Shown here: one piece after another, positions 28,669-43,546 of the stretch
Position numbering within the stretch: position 1 is the stretch's first letter
Layout: every line of letters starts with the position of its first letter
Assembly: GCA_964016885.1 (NCBI GenBank)
Contig: OZ024743.1
Coordinates: 221,092,001 to 221,156,000 of the forward strand
Source: Eledone cirrhosa
Taxonomy: Eukaryota
DNA length: 64,000 bases
Direction: 5' to 3'
Position numbers and translations under genes: made by a program
Notes under the pieces: generated by a model
Databases searched by the model: none
The model's input: the letters and a program-made list of their open reading frames with translations, nothing else
Told to the model about the DNA's origin: nothing

Positions 28669-30344
28669 ACGCGAATTGTTATATACATACATTCTCCACC
28701 ACACATATGTATATATGTATGTTAGTGATATTTTCCTGGTACCATATATATATATATATATATATATGGTACCAGGAAAATATCAGTAAAAACCTGATGT
28801 AGACTGTTACGTAATTTATTTTACAGAACAATATGTGAAAGATAGAATAATAGAATACACCATAAATTTTTCCTCTGTCCACATCTTCCTGCCTATTATT
28901 TTCTGATTTTTTTCCTGCTACAAAATTTATATTTATTAAATGCTACGTGACCTTTTCCTTGGCTATTGTACCATAACCATTTTGCCTGGTTACCAATGCT
29001 ACACAACTCTAAGTAACACGCCGAGAAAAATAATTGATAAACAGCCTTCCATATTTTGTTTGCGCATTCACCTCAAAAATAATTAATTTGAACTACGCAA
29101 ACGAAATTTTGTTTATCTTCTCGAATGTATGTATATATATTTTGTATAAATTGAAGGTGTAGCTGCAATAAGGCAGATACCACGCGAATTGTTATATACA
29201 TACATTCCCCACCACACATATGTATATATGTATACATATGAGTGTTTTTGTTTTTATGTGCGTATCTGAACATCCTTCAGGTTTTGATTGGCATTAATTC
29301 ATGATATATATGAATATATGTATGTATATATGTCTTCAAGCGACTGCCTTCCCAAACTATTGACCTCGTCCATCGCGTAGAGAATAGAGTTAGAGACATC
29401 ACGAAATACATGAACGTCTACAACCACAAGGATGTAGATGACGTTCATGGTGATGACGGTTGTGATATCGTAATGATGATGGTGAGTAGAAGGAGGATAC
29501 GAAAAATTAGGTATGGAAAGAAGTGTGAAGAGGAAGGTGGAGAGAAGGATGAGAAGAAGGGGAGGGGGAAATGGGGAGTAGAGTAAAGAGGAGGAAAAGG
29601 GGGACGGTGAGGCGAGAGAGAAGGAAGAAGACAGGAAGGAGGTAGTGGTGGGTTAAGAGGAGAAAGATTAGAGATTGTTATGGCTGACCATTTCAGATAA
29701 AAGACTAAGCTATACGCTGGAGGTCAAAGGGTGTTGCCAACTCTGATCAAACGGTAACCAACGGAGTTAAAGTGCTGGCTCTACAGTAAAATGTATTTCA
29801 TAGATATTGCATTATGTTTGAAGAAAGTCTTTTAAAGGAACAAATAGCTATTAGAGTAAATCTGTCTACTAAAGCAAATATGATCTCTAGTTATAGAAAG
29901 GAGCTAATACAGGTACCGGTTGTAGTTGTTGTTATTATTGTCACCGACGTCGTCCTTGCTGTTGTTGTTGATGTTGCTGTAGTTGTTGAGGTGTTGGTGG
30001 TTTTAGAGACTTATACTAATTGTTGTATCAGATAAGTTGTTGCTGAATAGTAACTGTAATAATTTTGATGGTACTACTACTGATGATTGTAGTGGTAGTG
30101 GTGGGGGTTTGGGGGCGTCAGTTACCTTGTATGGAAAGACCCAATGAGAGCAAGAAGAGATTAACGGTTTATTTGAGAATAGCTCCCTCCCACATGTCAC
30201 AGAGGCTCAGAAAATAGTCATGGGCTCTGCTATTTCATCATGACTCAACAGTAAAAAGCAAAAAGATAAGGTTAAAAAATTTAGAAAAGAAAGGAGCGCA
30301 AGATCTCAAAAGGCAGAGGAATAAAGTAGAGAAAGGACTAATTG

Positions 30345-30588
<244 letters not shown>

Positions 30589-32689
30589 GATATATCGTAA
30601 ATGGATGACAGAAATTGTATGATGATACAGAGTGGGAGAAATCGAAAGAGGTGAAAAATGAGAGAGTGGTCTGTGGCCCAGAAATAAATATTATTATCAC
30701 AAATAGAAGGAATGAATAAATAAATAAATACACACGTGGATGATTAAATAGCGACAAGAGGAACAGAAGGTTAAAGTAGGGATTTAGAATCAAAAAGGAT
30801 ATTTAAGTGGTGTAAATGTCAATAAAAAGACCCAGAGATCAAATAGATGTCTAGAGGGTAAAAAAAGGACATTTGTAAAATGGACGGACATTACAAGCGC
30901 AATCGTCGTGTCCAGAGCCGCCACAATCAAAGCTTTTACTTTTACGATTTTAGTATGGCATTACGTTCGACAGAGGTAATGTCACGTGTAAGGATTTAAG
31001 GCTTATTGATGGAGATGATTAATAAGAAAGAGTTTTGTATGAATATGAGGAAAAAAGTAAGAAAACAAATCGGGGAAAAGGAGTAGCAGACATGATGTTT
31101 TGTATGGACTTATGGCAGTTATTAAACATTCATGAGTAAGTATAAGTTTACTTTACACTATGGTTTAGGTTTTAGTACAGGTTACTAATTATGTATGCAG
31201 CTACCTTTCTTTAGATGGTATTCGCAAACTCATGAACAGAAACCACTTCCTAACACTCGTACACAAACACACACCCACACACACATGCACACACACACAC
31301 ATACACAGGCATACACACACAAACACAAACACAAATACACACAAACATAAACACACACACAAACACACATACACAGACACACATACACAGACACACACAC
31401 ACAAAGACACACACACAAACACTCATACACAGACATACATACACAGACACACACACACAAACACACACACGAATACACACACACACACATATTCAGACAT
31501 ACACAGAGATACACGAATCCAGGTAAAAGAAAACTCAGGAAAAAAAAGAAGTGTGTTATTTTTTCCTGCTATTTAAGTATGAAAATAATGGTTTGTATAT
31601 ATATATATAATGGAAGGGCTAAACTTGTCCCACTATATCACACTGAAGAAGGTTGTAAGTACTTGTCTGTGGAATGCTCATTTGTCTGGACTTTAATTGA
31701 ACGATGTGGTGTAGTAGTCGTCGGACGCACCGTAGCCAATATAAACATACACAGAGAAGCACACTCACAAACATACACACAATACACTACACCCAACACA
31801 CTACAATACAACACACACATATACAACACACACGCGCACATACATATACACTCAAATACAACATAAACACACACATACACACACTCACACACACAAATAC
31901 AACACACAACACCCACACAATGAAAACCTATTCCGTTGTTCAAAGAGAAGTAACAGATAAACTTCATTGATTGGCACGAGTTAAATTTAGTTAAAAGGAT
32001 ATTTGTTAGGAAGTTTACACCGAACATTGGGTGACTAGATTCATTCTGGAAACTATTTCCTAAATACACCGTAAAATCATTTTTACTTCCGTAAAATTAT
32101 CATTTATTCATTTCCTAATACATATAGCAATTTTTTTTGTAGTTGTAGCTATTTAAGTCGAGAAAACGTCTCGCCTAGTGGATGGAATGTTAGACTCATG
32201 GTCATAAACCCGTGGGCCTGCTTCATTGACAGAGCGGTGCTATATACTCGTGAACAGGCCGTTGCATTTTATATTGCTTTTTATGATAGGACTTGGGGCC
32301 TCTATCATTAAAACAACACAGAAATCTACTCTGAGACCAGCTAAAGCAGAATAGGTGTGAGCTGTAAATTTCATTCCATCGTTGAAGTTTGAAGTTATTG
32401 ATGATGACGGGGATATTATGATGATGATGATGGTGATGATGATGATGATCGTGGTGAGGAGGAGGATTTTGATGTGATGATAATGATGATGATGATGATG
32501 ATGATGTTGGTGGTGTGATGGTGGTGGTGGTGAGAAGAAAGGGGTGCAGGAGGATTATGATGATGATGCTGATGGTGGAGGTTATAAGTGAGAATGTGAA
32601 ACGTTGTTTTTAGTGTGTATCACAAATTTCCAATTCTTCTTCGCTATAAATTTGTAGTATTGATGTTTTTTTCCTGATGTGGCCACATC

Positions 32690-33036
32690 ATAACCGAGTA
32701 GTTAAGATGTGGGCTTCATAATCATAACGTCCTGAGTTAGATTGAATTTCCTAGCATGTTCGGAAAGTGTTATATACTATAGGGTGGTGGATTGGCAGTT
32801 TTGGTAGAGGATCAGACGCCATGCTTTGCAGCACAGTTACGTCCCTTTACGAACTGAGTTCAAATCCCACCGAGGTTAACTTTGCCTTTTATCCTTATGG
32901 GGTAAAATAAAGTACCAGTAATGTACTGGTTAATTGCTGGCCTTGTGCCAAAAGTAGAAACAGTGATATACTATAGCCTTGAGTAGAACCACGTATTATT
33001 AGTGATATTAGACATACAGAAAATATTTAGAAGCTC
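32690..33036 (+). mobile_element. Old tRNA-derived SINE (family 4) split by a family 1 insertion
   Basis: Degenerate tRNA-like head and aagtgt..tactatagcct..gaagc body; related fragment near 46770-46840. Confidence 0.5.
32783..32965 (+). mobile_element. SINE family 1 with 11-bp TSD
   Basis: atatactatag at 32772-32782 and 32966-32976. Confidence 0.92.
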
Positions 33037-33289
33037 AAACAATGTACAACCCCGCGCTTATTAATTTGTCAGATTTTTCCAACCTCCACCCACTTATCAA
33101 ATTTTTCAGTTTATCTCCGGCGAAATTATATTGTAAGTGATTCATAATGATATAGCAACTGGAGAATCTAATAATAATGTTATTTTTAATTGAAAAACAT
33201 TATATATAACATAAGAAGAGCATTACAAGAACTCCTACATTGACGAAGGTACACTATACAAATACTGATTTCCCAAGACCCCCCCCCCC

Positions 33290-33800
33290 ATTGTTATTGA
33301 CAGCCCTCCTATTATTTGGGTCTCGAGAGTGCCACCAAACTCTCCTCTCTATGCTTATCACACCAAACTCTCTTATATCCCCCTTTCTGTATCTACTAAA
33401 ACCCAAATCTAACTCTTTCTATATCTATCACGATACTGCCTCTCTTATCCTACTCTCTATATCTAACACGCATACAATCTCTCACTCTCTATGAATATCT
33501 ACACTTATCTCTCCGAATCTCCCTCTGTATATCAAGAAGCCCTAAACTCTCACCCTCTCTATATCTAATACACGGCACTCTCCCATTATCCCTCTCCGTA
33601 TATCTACAACCACTAAATTCTCCCACACTCTCACTATATCAATTACCACCAAGTATCCCACACTTTCTATCTACCATACAATACTCTCTATCATTCCCTC
33701 TCACTCTATCCATCACTATCAAACTTTCCTCCTCCCTATATCTATCAATACCTATCTTCATAAATCTTCTCACTCTATTCATTACCACAAAAATATCCCC
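33290..33800. repeat. Degenerate ctct(a/g)tatatct-type minisatellite, similar tract at 4995-5200
   Basis: Recurrent ccctct..tatatcta motifs every 35-40 bp. Confidence 0.55.
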
Positions 33801-35003
33801 TGATGTCTGAAAGGTCGCTAATTAGTGTTACGATAGTGGTGCGGTGATGTCTTAATATATGAGATATTTCACAGGGTTGTTAGTGAAGACACCTGGTCTA
33901 GCTCCTCGTGGTTATGGCATTGGTCTCACAAATATAATATCGTGGATGCGTTTTGGTCTTGAACAAGACGTTTCATTTCATGTTACTTTTAATGATAAGA
34001 CAAGAGTGCTTATTAAAACGCCCGAGAGATCTCCTATGAGATTCTATTTCATGGGAAATCAGCTAAACTTACATAGGTGGGAAGTGTAATTTCCATTTTT
34101 CTTTTTGCTTTTTTCAAATATCATTGGTAATTCTAGTTCCGCGCTGGGGGTTACGCATTTACTATTATGAATTTAATGTAAAATTATGTTCGATTCCAAC
34201 TGCGGAAAAAAGTAATCCTGCAGTATACTGGTATTCTATGTAGGGTGGGAAATCCCGCGTGCCTCTTATACACTTCATTTCATGTAAAAAAAAAAAATGG
34301 GTATAATGACCGGCTCGGGAGGCACAGTGGAGGTCTATGAACAGAAATGTAGTCAATACAAATAACGCCACTACTAGATAACAACCAGCGGATGCCTTTA
34401 CTTTTGGACAATAGCTAATGTAAGAGCAATGTTAGGGTCATACAATAACGTGTTTCATTGTTCCTTTTGAAGTTGTCTGAAAGTCAATGTTGACAGATAT
34501 TGGAGAAGGAGACTTTCACAAAGGCCTTTAAAACTTAAAGCTTTAATGAACAAATATAAAATAATATAAAGAATAGAATAATACACTAAGGGATTTTTCA
34601 TCCTCCGATATTTTCCTTTTATTTTCTCTTTGTTTATCGTATGTTTGTTTGCTTCTTTATTGATTTCGAAGTTTTTTATTTGTGTTTTTTTTCTTCTATT
34701 TTTCGTTTCTTTTCTTATGTTATTCTTTTTTATTGGATTCGGTTTCTAATTGAATAGAAGAAGGATTGCAAACAAATGAAACCGCTCGCTAGATTAAAGA
34801 CCTCCAAAGATGACGCAATGCATGCAGTTGATTTGCAATAATGGTTTAATTAAAACATCAAGAGTTCAGAATAAAAATTGTTAACTAAACACGGAGGGAT
34901 TGTTCATATAATAAATGTAGAGAGAGAGAGAGAGGGAGGAGTGTGTGTTTGAGGAAAGACAGAGTGGGTGAGAGAGAGAGAATGGAAAAATGGGAGAGGA
35001 TGA

Positions 35004-35034
<31 letters not shown>

Positions 35035-35770
35035 AGAAAGAGAGAGGGGGAGAAAGAAAGCGAGGGAGAGAGAGAGTGAGAGAGAGGAAGAGTTAACCAT
35101 GAGGTGATGCTCTGTGACACGGTATCGATTCCTGATTAAAACCATTCACACGTAAACTTCGAGCATTTTCTGCATTTCAAAACATCAAAGACACATTATG
35201 CCATTTTACTTTCTTCTAATCATCGTCGTTTCCTTTAACAGAAGAGGACGACACGTCATAAACACATTTCAGTTGGTATTTCAGAATGTTCATAACATTT
35301 TTAGGCGAATTACTTCCTACGAGAAGACAGCTTGCTGGAGAAAGAAGAGCATCCCAACGGCAACAGAAGGTGGGATTTGAACTCAGAATAGTTTCCATAA
35401 ATCTCTCCCATTTCGTTAAGGACTCCTGCAATCCACGCCCCAGTATTAGAATTTTATTGATCGACATCGAAAAGATGAAAAGCAAAGTTAACCTCAGCAG
35501 GATGTAAAATCAGAAAACAGAAATCCAGAGCAACTGTAGGCGAATATTCTAGTGATTCTATCGCTTCAACGCCTTTAAACCTTACAAATATATATATGAA
35601 ATCCAGTTTTAGATATATTGATAAACTTGATTATATATCTTAGCATTAACTTCAACTAAACTATTTTACAGCAGTGAAACTCTTGTTATTGTCCTCAAAA
35701 TTTGTTAGAAATTAGCTCAATTATATTTAATATCGATCACACCAACTCCCACGTCTTATATATATATATA

Positions 35771-35876
<106 letters not shown>

Positions 35877-35904
35877 TTATATATATATATATATATAAAT
35901 ATAC

Positions 35905-35954
<50 letters not shown>

Positions 35955-35981
35955 AAATATATAAAGACACACGCACACACA

Positions 35982-36012
<31 letters not shown>

Positions 36013-36322
36013 GAATATATATGAACAAATGTATAGACACATACACACACACACAAATCACCCACTCTCTACTTATCTCCCTACCTCATATCCTTTCCTG
36101 CCTTTCAAAAATGCACATGGTGCATTTTCAGGAAATTTTACTTATCGATTAAACCTACATAAAAACTAAAAGCTGAGAATGTAACACTGAACGAGATGAC
36201 GTCGATATTTCCTTCATACTAACCTAACGCTCATTAACATGTAAATATGTGAGGTGGAAAGCAACACACACAAATAATTTATGCACACCCAAATATAGAG
36301 GTTACTCATAACTCCACATGCC

Positions 36323-36367
<45 letters not shown>

Positions 36368-36527
36368 GAGGAAGTTATAGTTCACTTGAAGCATTGTGTA
36401 ATGAGGTATAAACGTTGGTATATGTATAATAAAGCCAAAACAATGCAGGTATGGGCATAGAATAAAGAATGCAAATGCAAAAGATATTGTTGACAATTAG
36501 TCTTTTACCTTAGATTTATTTAAATGT

Positions 36528-36562
36528 CCTTAATTTTCGAGATAATATCTCTTCTTCGGAGG
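36528..36562 (-). ncRNA. Minimal hammerhead-like motif in TA-flanked segment 36365-36650
   Basis: cct CCGAAGA a gagat att atctc GAAA at TA agg, AATAAA shortly downstream. Confidence 0.65.
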
Positions 36563-36647
36563 GAAGTAAAGCGGTTAAACCAGTGTTCTAAATAGCTTGC
36601 CAAGTCATGCTGACAGGAAATGGTATAGAGTATCTATCTCTAATGTC

Positions 36648-36711
<64 letters not shown>

Positions 36712-36719
36712 CATATATA

Positions 36720-36793
<74 letters not shown>

Positions 36794-36889
36794 TTAACAT
36801 ACATTTGCTCATAGCTTAGTCCTTACATGCGCGCACACTCTTTACTCACATATACACATACATTTCTTCTTAGCTTCGTACGGACGTAT

Positions 36890-36960
<71 letters not shown>

Positions 36961-37158
36961 CTTACGTACGTGCACAAGTATCGCTCTTTTTACAAAACGT
37001 TTTTTTTTCTTTCATTTCAACCACTTTTCTAAAAAATAAATCATTCACAAAACGCCAGCAAGAGAAGTCAACATGAATGGACCTGTTATTGTTATCTAAA
37101 GACAATTTCTCCAATTCCAACCCGCCTGTTCCCTCAATCTATCTTATTTCTCATTCTT

Positions 37159-37194
37159 TCTTCCGATGAAGGACTAGCGTCCGAAACGTTAAGA
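37159..37194 (+). ncRNA. Minimal hammerhead-like motif
   Basis: tctt CCGATGA a ggac tagc gtcc GAAA cg TT aaga. Confidence 0.72.
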
Positions 37195-37292
37195 CCCACT
37201 TCCTGCTATATCAAGCGTTAACCTAATATATCCCTTTCATATACTGTACCGATTGTGTTGTTATTTCTGTTTACCTTTTACATATATATATA

Positions 37293-37793
<501 letters not shown>

Positions 37794-38013
37794 CACACAC
37801 ACTCACACATACACACACACAAAACATATTTATATTAATATGTATGTAGTAGTAATAGGAAAATATACCCAACGTATGAAACAACTCAAGACAGTTAAAC
37901 GAGATTTAATAGAAATATTTCCAATGCGCTTCACAGGTTCAACAAGTTGACACTCCGGCTCAACGAATAGCACATCCCTGGTATGGGGCCGTTGTAGTAA
38001 CTGGCATTAATTG

Positions 38014-38200
38014 GGCGGTGGATTGGCAGTATCGGTAGAGGGTCTGACGCTATGCTTTGCAGCAAAAGAGTTACGCCCCTTTATGGTTTGAGTTCAAATC
38101 CCGCCGAGGTTAACTTTGCCTTTCATCCTTACGGGGTCGATAAAATAAAGTACCAGTAATGCACTGGATAATTGCTGGCCTTGTGCCAAAAGTAGAAACA
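38014..38200 (+). mobile_element. SINE family 1
   Basis: Full-length; attaatt on both sides. Confidence 0.92.
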
Positions 38201-38244
38201 ATTAATTAATTAATTATTACCAGGTATATATATATATATATATG

Positions 38245-38337
38245 TAGGAGGTGAGTTTTATTGTAGTACAATAAAACAATGCAGATATCGGATAAGAAGC
38301 ACTCTACAGTTTGTAGGACTGGAGTATACATAATATG
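38245..38337 (-). mobile_element. Family C fragment
   Basis: Matches 10481-10575. Confidence 0.75.
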
Positions 38338-38417
38338 ATATAATATATATATAATATAATATATATATATATATATAATATAATATATAATATATTATAT
38401 ATTATATATATATATTC

Positions 38418-38512
38418 AGGTTTGAGGTTCACCACTGTATAGATCTGGTCTATTCCGTATGGTCAATCGTAATGCAATAATATAGAGAGTACTCAACGTA
38501 AAGCAGTTCAAT

Positions 38513-38513
<1 letters not shown>
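38418..38513 (-). mobile_element. Family A fragment
   Basis: Matches 28355-28450. Confidence 0.75.
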
Positions 38514-38554
<41 letters not shown>

Positions 38555-38731
38555 GTATAATAATGGTGTGTGTGTATGTATGTATGTATGTATATATATG
38601 TATGTATGTATATATGTATATATATATATATATGTGTATATATATATATATGTGTGTATTTGTATATATGTATGTTTGTATATATATATATATATATATA
38701 TGTGTATGTATGTATATATATATATGTATGC

Positions 38732-38779
<48 letters not shown>

Positions 38780-39016
38780 TTATACTTGGAGAGGGTCATA
38801 TTGCTGTAATAATATTGCCAGAAATAATAACAGAACACACTCACTGTTTGCTTGGTTTTCGCTTCTGTATCCTTTATATCTCTATAGTAAATATATTTGG
38901 CAATCAACGTTTATCATTGATTGACCAACGGTTAAAACACAGATATTAATATATATATATATATATATATATCAAGTAAGAATATTTTCGAAACAGCGAG
39001 TGGGTTTGAAATTATT

Positions 39017-39246
39017 AGAAATGTAAGCTATCGCCATATTTGGACTAAAGAAATTAAAGAAATTATTTAGCCTGATGCGTTGGTGTAAATGGTAGCACAG
39101 TGGTCCGGATAACCAAAGATATGGATTCGACTCCCATGTACGTCAATATTCATCTTTTTCCATTTCTCCGAGGGTTCTTAACCCCACTCAGGCTAAATAA
39201 TTTCTTTCATTTCTTTAGTCCAAATACGGCGATAGCTTACATTTCT
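39017..39246. mobile_element. Element with 59-bp inverted arms enclosing a tRNA-like sequence
   Basis: 39017-39075 inverted at 39188-39246; microsatellite flanks. Confidence 0.75.
39074..39145 (+). tRNA. tRNA-like cloverleaf (pseudo-tRNA or SINE head)
   Basis: 72 nt; D arm gtgt/gcac, anticodon arm tggt/acca with loop ccggata, T arm atgga-ttcgact-cccat, weak acceptor stem, T5 run about 10 nt downstream. Confidence 0.6.
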
Positions 39247-39254
39247 CTCTCTCT

Positions 39255-39325
<71 letters not shown>

Positions 39326-39415
39326 ATCAAAGTTCTTTCGTTGCACATCTGCAACATCATCAATGGTACTATTATGTTTCCTCCTGTTGTATTGTATGTC
39401 TACGCCATTTTTATT

Positions 39416-39454
<39 letters not shown>

Positions 39455-39627
39455 TTGATGTAGCGCGCGTGTATATGTGAATATATGCACGTACATGTAT
39501 GTATGTCTATATGTACATATTTGCGTCGATGAAATACCCATGATCGTTTGGTAAATCATTGATGAGGGACTCATTTTATAACATGTTATCCATGTGCAAC
39601 CAGCAGTATTCTTCTCATCACCCATAT

Positions 39628-39677
<50 letters not shown>

Positions 39678-39833
39678 TTAGGTTAATAGGAGTTAGGTAT
39701 TGTATACCCGTGTCCCATTAAGGTATTGGCAGCATAATAATTAGCTCTATGCATTGGAGCAGAGCCGTATTTACTCTTTGTTCTTGAATGTTTGGTTGGT
39801 AGAGTCCATAACACCAATCAAACCCCTTTTATA

Positions 39834-39878
39834 GCTCTGACGAATCCTACGGTTACGTAAGGAAGAAACATTGTAAGC
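39834..39878 (+). ncRNA. Hammerhead motif (family D relative)
   Basis: gct CTGACGA a tcctacg gtta cgtaagga a GAAA cattg TA agc c AATAAA; flanks resemble 28090-28230. Confidence 0.78.
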
Positions 39879-39930
39879 CAATAAAAATCTTTTGATGTTG
39901 TAGACGCTCTTGTGTTCTTTTTCATATATA

Positions 39931-40041
<111 letters not shown>

Positions 40042-40173
40042 GTGTATAATGTTCATACACAATATTTTCGTTAACCCATACATCCACACATATCACCACA
40101 TACTTATGTATGACCCTATACCCAACAAGATTACCATTTTTTTGTTTAATTATTTTACTACTATTAATATCAT

Positions 40174-40356
40174 GGTGGATTGGCAGTATCGGTAGAGGGT
40201 CGGACGCCATGCTTTGACGCACAGATTTACGGCCCTTGCCATTCTGAGTTCAAATCCCACCGAGGTTTACTTTGCCTTTCATCCTTACGGGGTCGATAAA
40301 ATAAAGTACCAGTAATGCACTGGATAATTCCTGACCCTGTGCCAAAAGTAGAAACA
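40174..40356 (+). mobile_element. SINE family 1 with 11-bp TSD
   Basis: attaatatcat at 40163-40173 and 40357-40367. Confidence 0.92.
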
Positions 40357-40691
40357 ATTAATATCATTTTCCATATATGGTAGCTGGAAACTATTCAGCT
40401 ATTCTAAAAAAAATATTAGTCTCCTGATTTTTGCATAGCAAGAATTTTTTCTCCCCGATCCACATAATGATGTAATTTTCCTTGCATACATCTCTCTCAT
40501 CACATGAGAACATCGTCACGTACTATCTCGTTGTCTTCCTGTTTTCTAAAGGTAATATTTGGTTGTAATAGTTTTGATACATATATACTTCTGCGTCTAC
40601 AGATTGATTTTTCTCAGTTTCAGATGATCACGTTTATAATGAAAGCAGAAATTCATTACACCTTTAATCTGTACTAATAATATATATATAT

Positions 40692-40877
40692 AACAAAGAA
40701 AGTGTGGTAAGGAACCAGGTGGCCCATAACGCACCAGAGTACTCGATACTTTGGGTAGTAGAGTGGGTAATAGGAAAAGAGTCAGGACCCAGACGGCTGA
40801 GCTCCGGCCGTTTCGACAGCTCGGATCTAGCTGTCGAAACGTCCAGAGCTCAGCCGTCGGAGTCCTGACTCTTTTCC

Positions 40878-40908
<31 letters not shown>

Positions 40909-40958
40909 ATATATATGAAAATATTGAGGACCCCGACGGTAGAGCTCCGGCCGTTTCG
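40692..40958 (-). mobile_element. Family B copy with fold-back, plus extra fragment at 40927-40958
   Basis: Arms about 40771-40822 / 40829-40880. Confidence 0.8.
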
Positions 40959-41645
40959 ATATACATAAAGAAAGAGAGAGGGAGAGAGCGAGAGAGAAAG
41001 AGATATTGTGTGTGTATCTATCAACCTATCAACTTTATTTCTATGTTTCTCTCTCTCTCTCTCACTATATATATAAATGTGTGTGTATGTGTGTGTGCAG
41101 AGAGAGAGGGCGAGAGAGAGAGCGAGAGAGAGAGATGGTGCGGGGAATGTGATCATTTGAGTAGAAATGAGAGGCTTTAAATGATCCGTTGTTGTGTCGA
41201 ATATCTTTAAAATGCTGTAAATCTGTCAGCTAATCTCCAGCCAGTGTGTTCTCCGGAATTATATTCAGTCAAATCTCTACCAAGGTCGGCTTTATATTTC
41301 ATCTTTCAAATTAAAAAATAATAAAGAATTTAATATTTATTTTAATATAAGATAGTATTATTGGAAAGGACTATAAATGCTGTAAATGAGAGGAAAGGGG
41401 GAGAGGGAGCAATGTTTATTAGTCGACAAAAAATATAGGGGGAAGGGAAAATGGTGAAAGACTTTACACCTAAGTCAACTACTGCATTGACTTTAGGGAT
41501 TATAACTTTTCTCCTTGTTTCTGGATCTGTACTTAGTTTAGAAACGATAATTAGGGGTCTGCCATTTCCTTTTCTTTATGCTGTACGTGTTTTTTTAGAA
41601 AACACATCACAATTTCTCGTGCAGTCTTCCTACCCTCGTAGGAAA

Positions 41646-42176
41646 TCTAATCAATCTAAAATATAATAAAGGGAGGAGTGCGGGACTGCATCCAGAATAA
41701 ATGTTATCCCGTTAGTAAAATAAGTTAGATTACTTTGAATAAATAATGAATGAATATTACATAATTTATCTACTAAATTTCGTAGTTGTTGATTAAACAT
41801 AAATATTCTTATATATAATGATTGCTTATTTTAAGATTCACTTCTTTTAAAATTTTCAAATGTCTACAATTTCGGTTAGCGTTCGTTATATCATAACACT
41901 TATTACATTGCTTATATAAACATCCATATATTTGCATCGTTATATAATGTTTCATTACATTTCACTGTAATGCATCGTTTTTTTTTTAAATGTATCATGG
42001 ATTACTTTACTTATAGAAGAGAGTGAAACACAGTTTCTCTTCAATTTCTGTGCATATTGTCAATTACGATTTTATTTGGTATATCATATCTACATGCATG
42101 TATATTTGCATATAATATAAATATTCACACTACACATGCTAGCAGAAAACCGCCAGGACGGTTGTTTTTCTTCTAG
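41646..42176 (+). mobile_element. Non-autonomous Helitron (family H2)
   Basis: TC start, aaccg/cggtt hairpin, CTAG|T end; collinear with 11983-12436. Confidence 0.72.
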
Positions 42177-42469
42177 TAAAATATAATGATTCGTCGAATC
42201 TGACAGGTGTCGAAAGACAGGTAACAGAAAATAAATCTAACGATGAAATTTCTATTCCCAACTGAAGATATTATTTCGCTTTCCCGAAGTGGCAAATGTA
42301 ATTATAAAATGAATGTTATTATAAAATGCATAAAAAACTGTATTCTACTTCCTAGAGAAAAATCCCATTTCCATCACTAGACAGACAACGCAATACTTGT
42401 TATTGTTTAGCTCCAGTTTCTGTTTTTAATTTTTGCGATTTAGTGTCTCTAAAACTACATTATCCAAGT

Positions 42470-42790
42470 GAAGGAACGTGGCTTAGTTGCTAATGTGTTA
42501 GGCTCACAATGGTGAGATCTATTCCCAGTGCCATATTGTGTCCTTGAGCAACGTATTTTGTTCACATTGGTCCAGTCAACACAGTGAAAAAAATGTGTTG
42601 CATCTCAGATTCAAAGAGTCGAACTTTGTTCACACTACTTCGCGTTGAATCTGCCACAAAACTACATTAAAATACATTTGTCTCTTGAATGTTCAGCCAC
42701 TTGCACGTTAATTTCATGAGTATGTGGTTCTATTTGTCGAATAAATGGAACACTCGTCGTCGGAACAGACGGAGGTCTGACAACAACAAC
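42470..42790 (+). mobile_element. SINE family 3 (tRNA head, CORE-like domain, (CAA)n tail)
   Basis: gtggcttagt head, tgtgtccttgagcaa, cagccacttgcacgttaatttc, caacaacaac tail. Confidence 0.75.
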
Positions 42791-43320
42791 AGCAGCAGCT
42801 TTAACTAATGCGGTTTTTCTGAAAGAAATTTGGACAATATAGTTTAGCAAGTCGATCAACAACCACATCACATTCTATTGAGCATGGTTAAGTAGAACCA
42901 AACAAGATTGCTTTCAACGAAAGGAGACTATCAAAACATTTGACATCATTTGTGACGTTAATGCTTTTGAATAAAATACGCACGTACATGACCCTATGTC
43001 CTTATGAAAAATAAGGACCTCTCTCTCTCTCTTCATATTGAAAGACAGACCTTAGGCATATTCCTTTCTCACTTTGGCTTTATGGCAATAATTAGACGAA
43101 GATATAAAACGCAGAACACAAAACAAAGTCGGATGAAATAAGTACTAGTAATTATTATGGGTTGCAACGGTTAGCTACGCCCCTATGCATTACTAAGAAT
43201 GTGTTGTGCGCTTATGGAAGAAATCGATAAACACAAGGCTGGCTTGTACAATGACTGGGTGTGGTCGATGCATAATAAACAAAAGCTTCCCTCAACCCCC
43301 TTTCTTTCTCTAACACACAC

Positions 43321-43388
<68 letters not shown>

Positions 43389-43401
43389 GCATTTATATAT
43401 G

Positions 43402-43453
<52 letters not shown>

Positions 43454-43466
43454 GCATTTATATATG

Positions 43467-43546
<80 letters not shown>

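Noticed and set aside
29341-29487. Open segment ending in gtgagt as candidate exon
   Set aside because: No recognisable protein and weak acceptor
34247-34256. gggaaatccc NF-kB-like site (also an octamer atgcaaat near 4556)
   Set aside because: Isolated short motifs are expected by chance and have no linked gene
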